A DNA stretch of 64,000 nt, from contig JAGRGY010000049.1 of the NCBI GenBank assembly GCA_020445255.1, positions 18,789 through 82,788 of the forward strand, given 5' to 3'. The stretch comes from Gammaproteobacteria bacterium. Its GTDB lineage: Bacteria; Pseudomonadota; Gammaproteobacteria; Chromatiales; Chromatiaceae. The notes under the pieces are model-generated. The model ran no database searches and was not told the origin of the DNA. It was given only the letters and a program-made list of their open reading frames with translations. Numbering within the stretch: the first letter of the stretch is position 1; every line of letters starts with the position of its first letter. Of the stretch, positions 9,603 to 20,251 are shown piece by piece. The position numbers were made by a program, and so were the translations under genes.

Positions 9603-10458
9603 ATGAGCAGAGGCGCGCTGGTTTCTACCTTTCGGCTGGATGGCGATCGGTCCGGCAGGATGCGGGGTAGCGAGGCCATCCGCACATGCCACCCGGGCAG
9701 CGGTGTGCTGTGGATACACCTGAACCGCGCGTCGGACGACGGCCAGGTTTGGCTGCGCGACGCGATCGACCGCGTCACGACCCCACTTCCGCCGGTGATC
9801 TTGTCGTCGCACTCTCCGGGCATCTCGTGGCCTGCATGGCGAACGCGATCACGACGATCGACGATGACTTCGATGACCTGCAGGACGGGACACTGCGAGC
9901 ACACAACGTGCAGGTTGGCGACGCCCCATGCAGCAATCGGCGCGAGATCATCGAGCTGCGCGCTGCCGGGTCCCGCAACGCGACGCCCTCGCGGGTCTCA
10001 CCCCGGTGGTTGCCGACTGGCTGGGGAAGAGGTGGGTGATGCGCCTGCGCGACGAGGCCGATCGCGTCACGCGCTATGTCGGAGTACTCGACGCCGCACG
10101 CGAGCATGCAGCAGTCGCACAGCAGGAACTGACCCGCCACCTGCCGGACCGGATGAACCGCCGGGTGTACGTGCTGTCGGTGGTCGCAGCGATCTTTCTG
10201 CCGCTTCGCTTGTTGACTGGACTGCTCGGCATCAATGTCGGTGGCATCCCGCTGACCGACAACTTGCTGGGCTTCGGCACGATCGTCGCGCTGCGCGTCG
10301 CACTCACGCCTGCGCAGGTGATCGTGTTTCGCTGGCGCAAGTGGTTCGAAGCCGGACAGTGTGCGACGCGTGGCCCACGCGGGCGCCAAAAAGCACGGCG
10401 CCCACTGCAGCAAATCGATGACAAGACCTCTGGCGCGTGTGGCGTCGATCAGGGGTGA
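9603..10458 (+). pseudogene. zntB: decayed CorA-family zinc transporter gene (zntB-like): internal deletion plus at least two frameshifts
   Basis: ZntB-like pieces lie in three different frames. The N-terminus is in the frame of 9603 (...FRLDGDRSG...GVLWIHLNRASDDGQVWLRD). The middle is in the frame of 9686 (PTSAGDLVVALSGHL...TTIDDDFDDLQDGTL...REIIELRAA). The C-terminus is in the frame of 9928 (PQRDALAGL...RRVYVLSVVAAIFLPLRLLTGLLGINVGGIP...FRWRKWF). About 90 codons of the cytoplasmic domain are missing relative to E. coli ZntB as I recall it. Confidence 0.7.
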
Positions 10459-10637
10459 CCGGTCACCGTGGCCAATCCGGGTGACAAGGCGTTTACGTCC
10501 CCAGGGATGAAATCGTTTCGCGCCCCGGCCGAGCGACCGTGGACATCGATTGCCCGCGACGGGTAGTTTGGTTATTTTCCGCTCATCCCAGGTTCGGCCC
10601 TGGGTGAATCCGATTACGGGTGCGGGGAATTGGGCAA

Positions 10638-11579
10638 ATGCGCGCGACACCGTCCCGGGGCACGATGTCAGTACCCACCGGTCCCGTGCAATCCACCACC
10701 CATCGCGAGGCCTCTGTAACAGTGCCCGACCTGCGCACCGAACTCTACAAGACGATCGTCGAGACATCGCATGATGCTGTCGTCGTCATCGACCACGATT
10801 GCCGGGTCCGGTTATGGAATCGCTCGGCCGAGAGTCTGTTCGGCTTCAGCGAAGTGGAAATGATGGGGTGCAACATCCATGACCACATCACACCGCAGCG
10901 TTACCGCGAGATGGCCAAGCGCGCCTTCACGGCCTACCAGCAACAACGTCGCGGCGGCAACGCAATCGGGAATGTCGTCGAGATCGAGGGACTGAGGAAA
11001 GACGGGGCCGAGATCTACATCTCGCTGTTCCTCACGCCGTTCGAACAGATGGGTGAGCTCTGGACCTTTGCGATCATTCGCGACATCGAGGACAAACACC
11101 GCCAGGTGCAACTGGCAAAGGACGTGGTGACGGACCCGTTGACCGGAATCTCGAACAGGCGCCGCTTTCAGCAGGTGCTGGAAGGCTCGTTCGGCGCCGC
11201 GATGTACGTTGCAATCGTCGACGTTGATCGCTTCAAGGCAATCAACGACAAGCTCGGCCACCTCGCCGGCGACGATGCGTTGAAGTTGCTCGCCGAGAGG
11301 CTGCAGCAGGCATTCGGCGACACCCTGTGCGTCGCCCGGCTCGGTGGAGATGAATTCGGTGTCGTACTCGAAGGTGGCAATCGCGCCGAGGTAATGGCGC
11401 TGTTCGAGTCCTTCCGCCAACAGATCGAATCGATGGAGAACGGGCACGGCAGCACCGGGATCAGCGTCAGCGTCGGCATCGCCAATGAACAGCCCACTCC
11501 ACGGGAGCTGCTCGAGGCCGCTGATTCCGCGCTCTACCATGCCAAACGGACCGGTCGTAACCGGGTCGTGATGTACTGA
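10638..11579 (+). CDS. PAS-domain diguanylate cyclase (GGDEF)
   Basis: PAS-like N-terminus (LYKTIVETSHDAVVVIDHDCRVRLWNRSAESLFGF). The GGDEF domain shows DPLTGISNRRRF and the active site RLGGDEFGV. No RxxD inhibitory site is seen 5 residues upstream of GGDEF. The start is uncertain (10620, 10638 or 10665). Confidence 0.85.
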   Translation: MRATPSRGTMSVPTGPVQSTTHREASVTVPDLRTELYKTIVETSHDAVVVIDHDCRVRLWNRSAESLFGFSEVEMMGCNIHDHITPQRYREMAKRAFTAYQQQRRGGNAIGNVVEIEGLRKDGAEIYISLFLTPFEQMGELWTFAIIRDIEDKHRQVQLAKDVVTDPLTGISNRRRFQQVLEGSFGAAMYVAIVDVDRFKAINDKLGHLAGDDALKLLAERLQQAFGDTLCVARLGGDEFGVVLEGGNRAEVMALFESFRQQIESMENGHGSTGISVSVGIANEQPTPRELLEAADSALYHAKRTGRNRVVMY

Positions 11580-11614
11580 ACCTCACGGCGGTCCGCCACT
11601 CGCGGTGTACCCCC

Positions 11615-12406
11615 TCACTTCAAACCCGGCTCGCGGAACACGAGCTCGACGACGCGCCTGCCCAGCGTGACATCGACATCCACCGGACTCGCACCGACGG
11701 TCGCAGCCTCCGGCAGGTGAGGCGGTAGGTATCGCCTGAAGACCTCGCGCACGCGCGCGCGCTCCGCGCGTCGCTTCAACCACCTCGTCACGCCTACCGC
11801 AAGCACCCCCAGCATGAGCGTGGCGAGAAGGAACCACCTCCCCGGGACGCCGACCGTTTGGCCCGTCTCGATGGGCACGCCGAGCGGGCCGCTGTCCGCC
11901 GGAACGGGTATCTCGCTCTGGGTCAAAAAGAAAATGGCCGGACCGATCACCAGTGTCGCCAACGCGGCGACTGCCCAGACCCGGAGTGCGGGTGAACCCT
12001 TGTTCGCGCCCGGCGCCGCGGGCGGCACGGGTACCGGATTGGCGGCAAGGGATTGCTGCAGGATCGGCTTCAGGTCGGTCAGCGCATGGAATCTTGCCAG
12101 CGACACCGGCAACGGTGTGTCGTCGATCGGCACAGGTACGACACGCTTACCGTTGCGGATCGCGATCGTGAACTCTTCTTCGACCCACTGTGACCCGGCG
12201 GCATTGGTCGACCAGAACACCAACACCCGTTCCACGGCACCCAACTTCTCGACCAGCACCTGCCGCCAGTCGTCGCCGTAGGCGATGTCGCGGATATCCA
12301 TGAAGACCTTCGCCCCGCCCGCCTTCAGCAGGTTCACCATCGCCGACACCCAGTGCAGGTCCGCACGTGCGTAGGAAATGAAGACGTTGTGCTCCGTCTG
12401 GTGCAT
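11615..12406 (-). CDS. TIR-domain protein with two C-terminal transmembrane helices
   Basis: N-terminus NVFISYARADLHW and VLVFWSTNAAGSQWVEEEF match TIR betaA and the S-x-W-x-x-x-E helix. A Pro-rich linker follows, then two hydrophobic segments (LRVWAVAALATLVIGPAIFFL, WFLLATLMLGVLAVGVTRWL). Confidence 0.8.
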   Translation of the reverse strand: MHQTEHNVFISYARADLHWVSAMVNLLKAGGAKVFMDIRDIAYGDDWRQVLVEKLGAVERVLVFWSTNAAGSQWVEEEFTIAIRNGKRVVPVPIDDTPLPVSLARFHALTDLKPILQQSLAANPVPVPPAAPGANKGSPALRVWAVAALATLVIGPAIFFLTQSEIPVPADSGPLGVPIETGQTVGVPGRWFLLATLMLGVLAVGVTRWLKRRAERARVREVFRRYLPPHLPEAATVGASPVDVDVTLGRRVVELVFREPGLK

Positions 12407-12620
12407 GGCATCCGGTGCTCAGTCCTGCGGGCAAGCGTAGCACGCACTGTTGACGGCCATGGCAAGTGGCGGATCGGGTTGGCCGAGAATCGCGTGCGAC
12501 GCCGGCTGACCGTGATCTTCGACGGCCGTGAACACCGCCGATGCCGAACCTTGAAAGGGAACGGTTGTTGCGATTCTGAGTGGATGTCGGCCGGAAGGAG
12601 GCCGTATGGGCGACGGGAAT

Positions 12621-12697
12621 TGGTAGGCGCGAGTGGACTCGAACCACCGACCCCCACCATGTCAAGGTGGTGCTCTAACCAACTGAGCTACGCGCCT
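12621..12697 (-). tRNA. tRNA-Val (anticodon GAC)
   Basis: The reverse complement folds as a cloverleaf. Acceptor AGGCGCG/CGCGCCT, D stem GCTC/GAGC, anticodon stem CCACC/GGTGG with loop TTGACAT, T arm GGTGG-TTCGAGT-CCACT, encoded CCA. Confidence 0.95.
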
Positions 12698-12773
12698 GCA
12701 AAGCAGGTCGCGGACTATACCCGGACAGCGAGGAGCTCCGCAAGCCCCGGCGGATCCGCTGTGCGATCGCCGT

Positions 12774-14783
<2,010 letters not shown>

Positions 14784-14876
14784 AAATTTGCTGATCGGCA
14801 AGGAGTCAATCCGTTATGATACCAAGTCAGTCAACCACCCTTGATCCCGATCGTCCGGAGACGTTTCGAACCGAAC

Positions 14877-16067
14877 ATGAGCATCAAGCTGTCCAGCCGC
14901 GTACAGGCCGTCAAGCCCTCCCCGACCCTCGCGATAACGGCGCGCGCCGCCGAGCTGCGCGCGGCCGGCAAGGACGTGATCGGCCTGGGTGCGGGCGAAC
15001 CCGATTTCGACACGCCGGAGCACATCAAGGAGGCCGCGCGCAAGGCGATCGCCGACGGCAAGACCAAGTACACCCCGGTCGACGGCACGCCGGGACTGAA
15101 GCAGGCCGTCATCGCCAAGTTCAAGCGCGACAACGGAATCGACTACAGGCCCGAGCAGATACTGGTCTCGTGTGGCGGCAAGCAGAGCTTTTACAACCTG
15201 GCCCAGGCGATCCTGGACCCGGGTGACGAGGTGATCATCCCGGCGCCCTATTGGGTGTCGTACCCGGACATGTCGATCCTGGCCGGAGGCGAACCGGTGC
15301 TGGTGCATGCCGGCGCCGACCAGCACTTCAAGATCACGCCGGCACAGCTACGCGGTGCACTGACGGCGAAGACGCGCCTGGTCGTGATCAACAGCCCGTC
15401 GAACCCGACCGGCATGGCCTACACCGCCGACGAGCTTGCCGCACTCGGCGAGGTGCTGCGCGAGTACCCGAAGGTCGCGATCGCCAGCGACGACATGTAC
15501 GAGCATATCCGCTGGAACCTCGATGTGCCGTTCGTCAACATCCTCAGCGTGTGCCCCGACCTGGCCGACCGCACGCTGGTACTCAACGGCGTCTCCAAGG
15601 CCTATTCGATGACCGGCTGGCGGATCGGCTACGCCGGCGGTCCGGCCGACATCATCAAGGCGATGAAGAAGATCCAGTCGCAGAGCACGTCGAACCCGAC
15701 GTCGATCTCGCAGTACGCGGCCGAGGCGGCGCTGAACGGGCCGCAGGATTGCATCGGCGAGATGCTGGTGCAGTTCAGGAAGCGCCACGACTATGTCGTC
15801 GAGCGCCTCAACGGCATCGCCGGCATCGAGTGCCTGCCGACCGACGGCACCTTCTATGTGTTCCCGTCGGTCAAGGGGATGATCGACACGATGCCGGACA
15901 TCCACGACGACCTGCAGCTGGCCGAGCACCTGATCGTCAATGCCGGCGTGGCGTTGGTTCCGGGTGCGGCGTTCGGCCTCGGCGGCCACGCGCGCATTTC
16001 GATCGCAACCAGCATGCAGAACCTCGAGCAGGCGCTCGACCGTATCGAGCGGGTGGCGGGCGGATGA
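14877..16067 (+). CDS. class I pyridoxal-phosphate aminotransferase (aspartate aminotransferase-like)
   Basis: MSIKLSSRVQAVKPSPTLAITARAAELRAAGKDVIGLGAGEPDFDTP, and the PLP-lysine motif NGVSKAYSMTGWRIGY. Confidence 0.9.
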   Translation: MSIKLSSRVQAVKPSPTLAITARAAELRAAGKDVIGLGAGEPDFDTPEHIKEAARKAIADGKTKYTPVDGTPGLKQAVIAKFKRDNGIDYRPEQILVSCGGKQSFYNLAQAILDPGDEVIIPAPYWVSYPDMSILAGGEPVLVHAGADQHFKITPAQLRGALTAKTRLVVINSPSNPTGMAYTADELAALGEVLREYPKVAIASDDMYEHIRWNLDVPFVNILSVCPDLADRTLVLNGVSKAYSMTGWRIGYAGGPADIIKAMKKIQSQSTSNPTSISQYAAEAALNGPQDCIGEMLVQFRKRHDYVVERLNGIAGIECLPTDGTFYVFPSVKGMIDTMPDIHDDLQLAEHLIVNAGVALVPGAAFGLGGHARISIATSMQNLEQALDRIERVAGG

Positions 16068-16141
16068 CAGGCCGCCGCTGATTCGCATGACCACCGGCGC
16101 CCATGGATGGGACGCCACAAACCGGCAAGGAGGCCACCGAC

Positions 16142-16699
16142 ATGGATGTCGCACACCACCCCCGCCGCGCCGCGCGCGGCATGAGTCTGATCGAACTGCT
16201 GACCGGCGTCGCAGTGTTGGGCGTCTCGCTGACGATGGTCGCGCCCGCATGGCGCGATTTCACCGACCGCAACCGCATCGTCACCGCGGCGAACAGCGTA
16301 CTGACCAACCTCCACCTTGCACGCAGCACGGCCGTGTCTCGCAACCGGCGGGTCGGGCTGTGCCCCAGCACGGACGGCATCGGCTGCAGCGGCGACGCTT
16401 TCGGCTGGCAGGATGGCTACATCGTTTTCGTCGACCTCGACGGCGACAGGTCCCGCGACGAGGATGAACCGCTGCTGCGACGCCAGGATGCACAACCACA
16501 CGGTTTGCTGTTGCATACCAGCGCAGGCCGGCCGGTGCTCAGCTTTCGTCCGGACGGATCCGCATGGGGCACCAACGCGAGCTTCAGAGTCTGCCTCGGT
16601 GACACGCGCTCGGCGTATCGCGCCGTCGTGCTCTACGGCAGTGGTCGCGCGCGCATCGACAGGCGCCTGCCGGATGGTCGAAAGGTCGCCTGCGACTAG
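16142..16699 (+). CDS. GspH/FimT-family type IV minor pilin / pseudopilin
   Basis: Prepilin-type N-terminus RG/MSLIELLTGVAVLGVSLTMVAP, followed by FimT-like TAANSVLTNLHLARSTAVSRNRRVGLCPS. The start is probably ATG 16142 (the tracked ORF starts at 16103). Confidence 0.75.
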   Translation: MDVAHHPRRAARGMSLIELLTGVAVLGVSLTMVAPAWRDFTDRNRIVTAANSVLTNLHLARSTAVSRNRRVGLCPSTDGIGCSGDAFGWQDGYIVFVDLDGDRSRDEDEPLLRRQDAQPHGLLLHTSAGRPVLSFRPDGSAWGTNASFRVCLGDTRSAYRAVVLYGSGRARIDRRLPDGRKVACD

Positions 16700-16800
16700 T
16701 GCACGCAAGCGCACAAAGCCGGTTGCCAACCGGCCCTCCCGACGGCCGGTTCTATTGACAAAAACCGCCGCAAAAACGTAGACTTCGCGCTCGCCATTAT

Positions 16801-16875
16801 TCCCCTGTGGCGCAGCGGTAGCGCAGCGGACTGTTAATCCGTTGGTCGTTGGTTCGAATCCAACCGGGGGAGCCA
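16801..16875 (+). tRNA. tRNA-Asn (anticodon GTT)
   Basis: Cloverleaf: acceptor TCCCCTG/CGGGGGA, anticodon stem GCGGA/TCCGT with loop CTGTTAA, T arm GTTGG-TTCGAAT-CCAAC, discriminator G plus encoded CCA. Confidence 0.95.
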
Positions 16876-16893
16876 ATCGCCTGTCCGATAAGT

Positions 16894-16920
16894 AAAGCCC
16901 GCCGAGTGCGGGCTTTCTTG
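16894..16920 (+). terminator. rho-independent terminator after tRNA-Asn
   Basis: Hairpin AAAGCCCGC-cgagt-GCGGGCTTT followed by CTTG. It lies 19 nt after the tRNA 3' end. Confidence 0.7.
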
Positions 16921-17149
16921 CATCTGACGACGGCATCCGGGCCGCCCAACGGTCGGTACCCGCGGCGGCTCAGGGGCCATGCGCGCGAAACCGGACTCGA
17001 CGACCCTGACCGGCGCTGTCCGCGAGCAATGACGCCGGCGCGGCCACAGGGCAAACCTGCTGATTGTTGTCCGTCGTGCGATTGGCGGGTACGTTGCGTC
17101 TCCCCGGCCTATCATTGGCCGGTAGACGAACGATCTCGGCGGGGGAAAC

Positions 17150-17620
17150 TTGGCACTGACCCTGACATCGACCGCATTCGAACACATGGGCGGTATTCCG
17201 CGCCGCCACACGTGCGACGGTGAAGACCTGTCGCCGGCCCTCGCATGGTCGGATGTGCCCGACGGCGCCCGCAGTCTCGTGCTGATCGTCGATGATCCCG
17301 ACGCGCCGGATCCCGCCGCACCGCGCATGACCTGGGTCCACTGGGTGCTCTACAACCTGCCGCCGGACTCGCACGGACTCGACGAAAGCACCGGCGCCGA
17401 GGCACTCCCGGCAGGAACGGGTGAAGGCGTCAATGACTGGAAGCGGACCGGCTACGGCGGTCCCTGCCCGCCGGTCGGTCGCCACCGTTACTTCCACAAG
17501 CTTTACGCCCTCGACGCGATCCTGCAGGGATTCGATCGACCGACCAAGGCGCAGGTCGAGCACGCGATGCGCGGCCATGTGATTGCCGAGGCAACCCTGA
17601 TCGGCACCTACATGCGATGA
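17150..17620 (+). CDS. YbhB/YbcL-family phosphatidylethanolamine-binding (Raf kinase inhibitor-like) protein
   Basis: TTG start preceded by GGGGGA. PEBP motifs are LIVDDPDAPDP, WVHWVLYNLP and GYGGPCPPVGRHRYFHKLYALD. Confidence 0.85.
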   Translation: MALTLTSTAFEHMGGIPRRHTCDGEDLSPALAWSDVPDGARSLVLIVDDPDAPDPAAPRMTWVHWVLYNLPPDSHGLDESTGAEALPAGTGEGVNDWKRTGYGGPCPPVGRHRYFHKLYALDAILQGFDRPTKAQVEHAMRGHVIAEATLIGTYMR

Positions 17621-17681
17621 GCCGATGTGCAGCGGCCTGCGCTGATCAAACATGTTTTCCCGACCAGGAGTCGTTGTCCGT

Positions 17682-18176
17682 ATGTCCGAAATTCACCGGT
17701 TCACGCTCGTCCTCGAACAGGTCGAGAACTTCGAGTTCAAGGTCCGCTTTGACTGGCCCGACGTCCCCGATTTGCTGCTCGACGAGCCGTCACCCCTGGG
17801 TGGCCAGGCCGGCCCCAACGCTGCGCGACTGATCGCCGCAGGGGTCGCCAACTGCCTCAGCGCGAGCCTGCTGTTCTGCCTGCAGAAGAGTCGCAGCGCG
17901 CCGAACCGTGTCAGCGCCGCGGTCACCGGCCGCGTTCGACGCAACGACAAGGGTCGATTGCGCCTGGCCGGCATCGATGTCGACCTGAAACTCGATGGCG
18001 TTCCCGAAGAACGCTCCCGTCTGGAACGCTGCCTCAAGCTGTTCGAGGACTACTGTGTCGTGACCCAGGCCGTGCGCGATGGCATCCCGATCGGCGTGCG
18101 CGTCCTGGACGAACAGGGCACGGTGTTGCACGTGGAAGGGCAATCAAGCGTGCAGCAAGACGATGAAAACGCGTGA
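17682..18176 (+). CDS. OsmC/Ohr-family protein
   Basis: GPNAARLIAAGVANCLSASLLFCLQKSR and YCVVTQAVRDGIP resemble the two conserved OsmC segments, including the Cys. The start is ATG 17682 or 17652. Confidence 0.7.
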   Translation: MSEIHRFTLVLEQVENFEFKVRFDWPDVPDLLLDEPSPLGGQAGPNAARLIAAGVANCLSASLLFCLQKSRSAPNRVSAAVTGRVRRNDKGRLRLAGIDVDLKLDGVPEERSRLERCLKLFEDYCVVTQAVRDGIPIGVRVLDEQGTVLHVEGQSSVQQDDENA

Positions 18177-18458
18177 TTGCAGCCGGTGGGGCCCGCCCCG
18201 GGGCCGGGCGCGTCGTGCCGCTAAGAGAATCGTTTGAGTTCCGGCGCGTCTGGCCAATGACCGCCGTTTGGCATGGGGCTGGCCGGTCACATAATCGTGG
18301 TCGTACCTTGTTCCGGCTCCACCCCGTTCGGCCGGAAGATTTGAAGTGTGACGACGCACTCCCAGCGCTGGCCGCTACCGATGCCACGTGGGACAACCGC
18401 GATCGTCGGCATCGCCATGCGCTCCCGTGTCACCGAGGCCGCATACGGAATCCAACGG

Positions 18459-20105
18459 TCAATCAGTCGTGGTCGTCTGATAGCGCCTGATCAGGCCGGC
18501 CGTCGACGAGTCCACGCGGGGCGAGCCTTTGGCCTGGCGGAAATCGGACAGGATACTCGCGGCCAGCTGCTTGCCGAGTTCGACGCCCCACTGATCGAAC
18601 GAATCGATGCCCCAGACCACGCCCTGCACGAACACCTTGTGCTCGTACATCGCGACCAGCGCCCCGAGCACACGCGGCGTCAGTTGGTCGACGACGATCA
18701 TGTTGCTCGGCCGATTGCCCGGAAACACGCGGTGCCGCACCAGCCTCTCGATGCCCTCCGACGGCATGCCACCGGCGGCGAGTTCTGCCCGCGCCTCTTC
18801 CTCGGTACGACCGCGCATCAGCGCCTGCGCCTGCGCAAAGCAGTTGGCTACCAGCTTGTCATGGTGACCTTCGAGCGGATGATGGCTGCGCATCGGCAGG
18901 ATGAAATCGGTCGGGATCAGTCGCGTGCCCTGGTGGATCAGCTGAAAAAAACTGTGCTGTGCATCGGTGCCGGGCTGCCCCCAGATCACCGGACCGGTCT
19001 GGTAGTCCACCATCTCGCCGTCGCGCGTCACCCGCTTGCCGTTGCTCTCCATGTCGAGCTGCTGCAGGTAGGTGGGCAGGAACTGCAGATTCTGGTCGTA
19101 GGGGATGATGGCCTGCGTATCCGCCCCGCCGAAATTGTTGTACCAGATGCCGAGCAGCGCCAGCACGACCGGTATGTTGCGTTCGGACGGCGCGGTGATG
19201 AAATGCTCGTCCATGTCGCAGGCGCCGGCCAGCACTTCCTCGAACTGTTCCATGCCGACCGCCAGCGCAATCGGCAGCCCGATTGCCGACCACAGCGAAT
19301 AACGCCCCCCAACCCAGTCCCAGAACTCGAACATGTTGCGGGTATCGATGCCGAACGCGGCGACCGCTTCGGCGTTGGTGGACACCGCCACGAAATGGTG
19401 CGCAACCGCCTCGTCACGGTGCAGCGACGCCAGGCACCATGCGCGTGCTGATTCGGCATTGGCGATGGTTTCCTGCGTCGTGAACGTCTTCGACGCCACC
19501 ACGAACAGCGTGGTCGCTGCATCGAGTTCGGCCAGCACCTGCACCAACTGGGCGCCGTCGACGTTGGACACGAAATGCACGCGCGGTCCACCCTGCCGGT
19601 AGGGATGCAGCGCCTCGCAGGCCATTTTCGGTCCCAGACTCGAACCGCCGATGCCGATACTCACGACGTCGGTGATGCGCTGACCGGTGTAACCCAGCCA
19701 GCGCCCGCTGCGCACTTCGTCGGAAAACGCACGCATACGATCCAGCACCGCACGGATGCCCGGCATGACGTCGTCGCCATCGACCCGATAGCTGCGGCTG
19801 CCCACGTTGCGGAGCGCCATGTGCAACACGGCGCGGTCCTCGGTATTGTTGACCTTGTCGCCGCGCAGCAGGCTGTCGCGCCGCGTCGTCAAATCGGCCG
19901 CTCCTGCCAGCGCCAGCAGGTGGCCCAATGTTTCATCGGTGACCAGGTTCTTGGAGTAATCGAGGAAGATCCCGCACGCCTCGAGGCTGAATCGCCGGCT
20001 GCGGTCGGGGTCATCGTCGAAAAGGTCTCGCATGCGCAGTCCGGAGATCGCGGACCAGTGCGATTCGAGGGTTTGCCATGCTTGGCTACGGCTGATCAGG
20101 GGCAT
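18459..20105 (-). CDS. pgi: glucose-6-phosphate isomerase
   Basis: Full-length PGI similarity ([17 protein letters not shown]..., [11 protein letters not shown], ...[11 protein letters not shown]...). ATG at 20105 is preferred over the tracked 20216. Confidence 0.95.
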   Translation of the reverse strand: MPLISRSQAWQTLESHWSAISGLRMRDLFDDDPDRSRRFSLEACGIFLDYSKNLVTDETLGHLLALAGAADLTTRRDSLLRGDKVNNTEDRAVLHMALRNVGSRSYRVDGDDVMPGIRAVLDRMRAFSDEVRSGRWLGYTGQRITDVVSIGIGGSSLGPKMACEALHPYRQGGPRVHFVSNVDGAQLVQVLAELDAATTLFVVASKTFTTQETIANAESARAWCLASLHRDEAVAHHFVAVSTNAEAVAAFGIDTRNMFEFWDWVGGRYSLWSAIGLPIALAVGMEQFEEVLAGACDMDEHFITAPSERNIPVVLALLGIWYNNFGGADTQAIIPYDQNLQFLPTYLQQLDMESNGKRVTRDGEMVDYQTGPVIWGQPGTDAQHSFFQLIHQGTRLIPTDFILPMRSHHPLEGHHDKLVANCFAQAQALMRGRTEEEARAELAAGGMPSEGIERLVRHRVFPGNRPSNMIVVDQLTPRVLGALVAMYEHKVFVQGVVWGIDSFDQWGVELGKQLAASILSDFRQAKGSPRVDSSTAGLIRRYQTTTTD

Positions 20106-20251
20106 AATGGCGGCTACGACGAATTGGTGGAGATGCGGCATCCGTTTATCGGGCGAGTTCGCCACGAATTTGGCAGAGTATACCAATGCCGCCCCTCGCC
20201 GGGACCCTGGACGCATCCAGGCCCACCACCCATCAACACGGGAGCAGTAAC

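Noticed and set aside
10454-10467. A perfect 14-bp palindrome, GGTGACCGGTCACC, at the end of the zntB remnant.
   Set aside because: It is short and GC-rich, has a zero-length spacer so no hairpin loop, and has no T-tract. It contains common restriction-type palindromes (BstEII/AgeI-like). It is plausibly chance in this composition, and I can attach no function to it.
10620-12406. The PAS-GGDEF cyclase and the TIR-2TM gene as a two-gene cyclic-nucleotide defence module (CBASS/Pycsar-like cyclase plus effector).
   Set aside because: The genes are convergent with stops 35 nt apart, so they are not an operon. The cyclase is an ordinary GGDEF enzyme with a PAS sensor, not a CD-NTase or Pycsar cyclase. 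The TIR protein shows no recognisable nucleotide-sensing domain (SAVED, cNMP-binding). The adjacency may be coincidental.
8446-12697. A genomic island integrated at tRNA-Val, and likewise at tRNA-Asn (16801..16875).
   Set aside because: I found no integrase, transposase or phage gene. By eye I found no direct repeat of the tRNA 3' end (e.g. GGACTCGAACC) at lower coordinates. Codon composition of the flanking genes looks native. An ancient, degraded insertion cannot be excluded without comparative genomics.
14816-15226. A 136-aa ORF preceded by a perfect AAGGAG (14800-14805) in the uvrB/aminotransferase divergent region.
   Set aside because: It runs out of frame through the well-supported aminotransferase gene. 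Its product is low-complexity (Arg/Gly/Gln-rich). The AAGGAG is more likely fortuitous or part of the promoter region.
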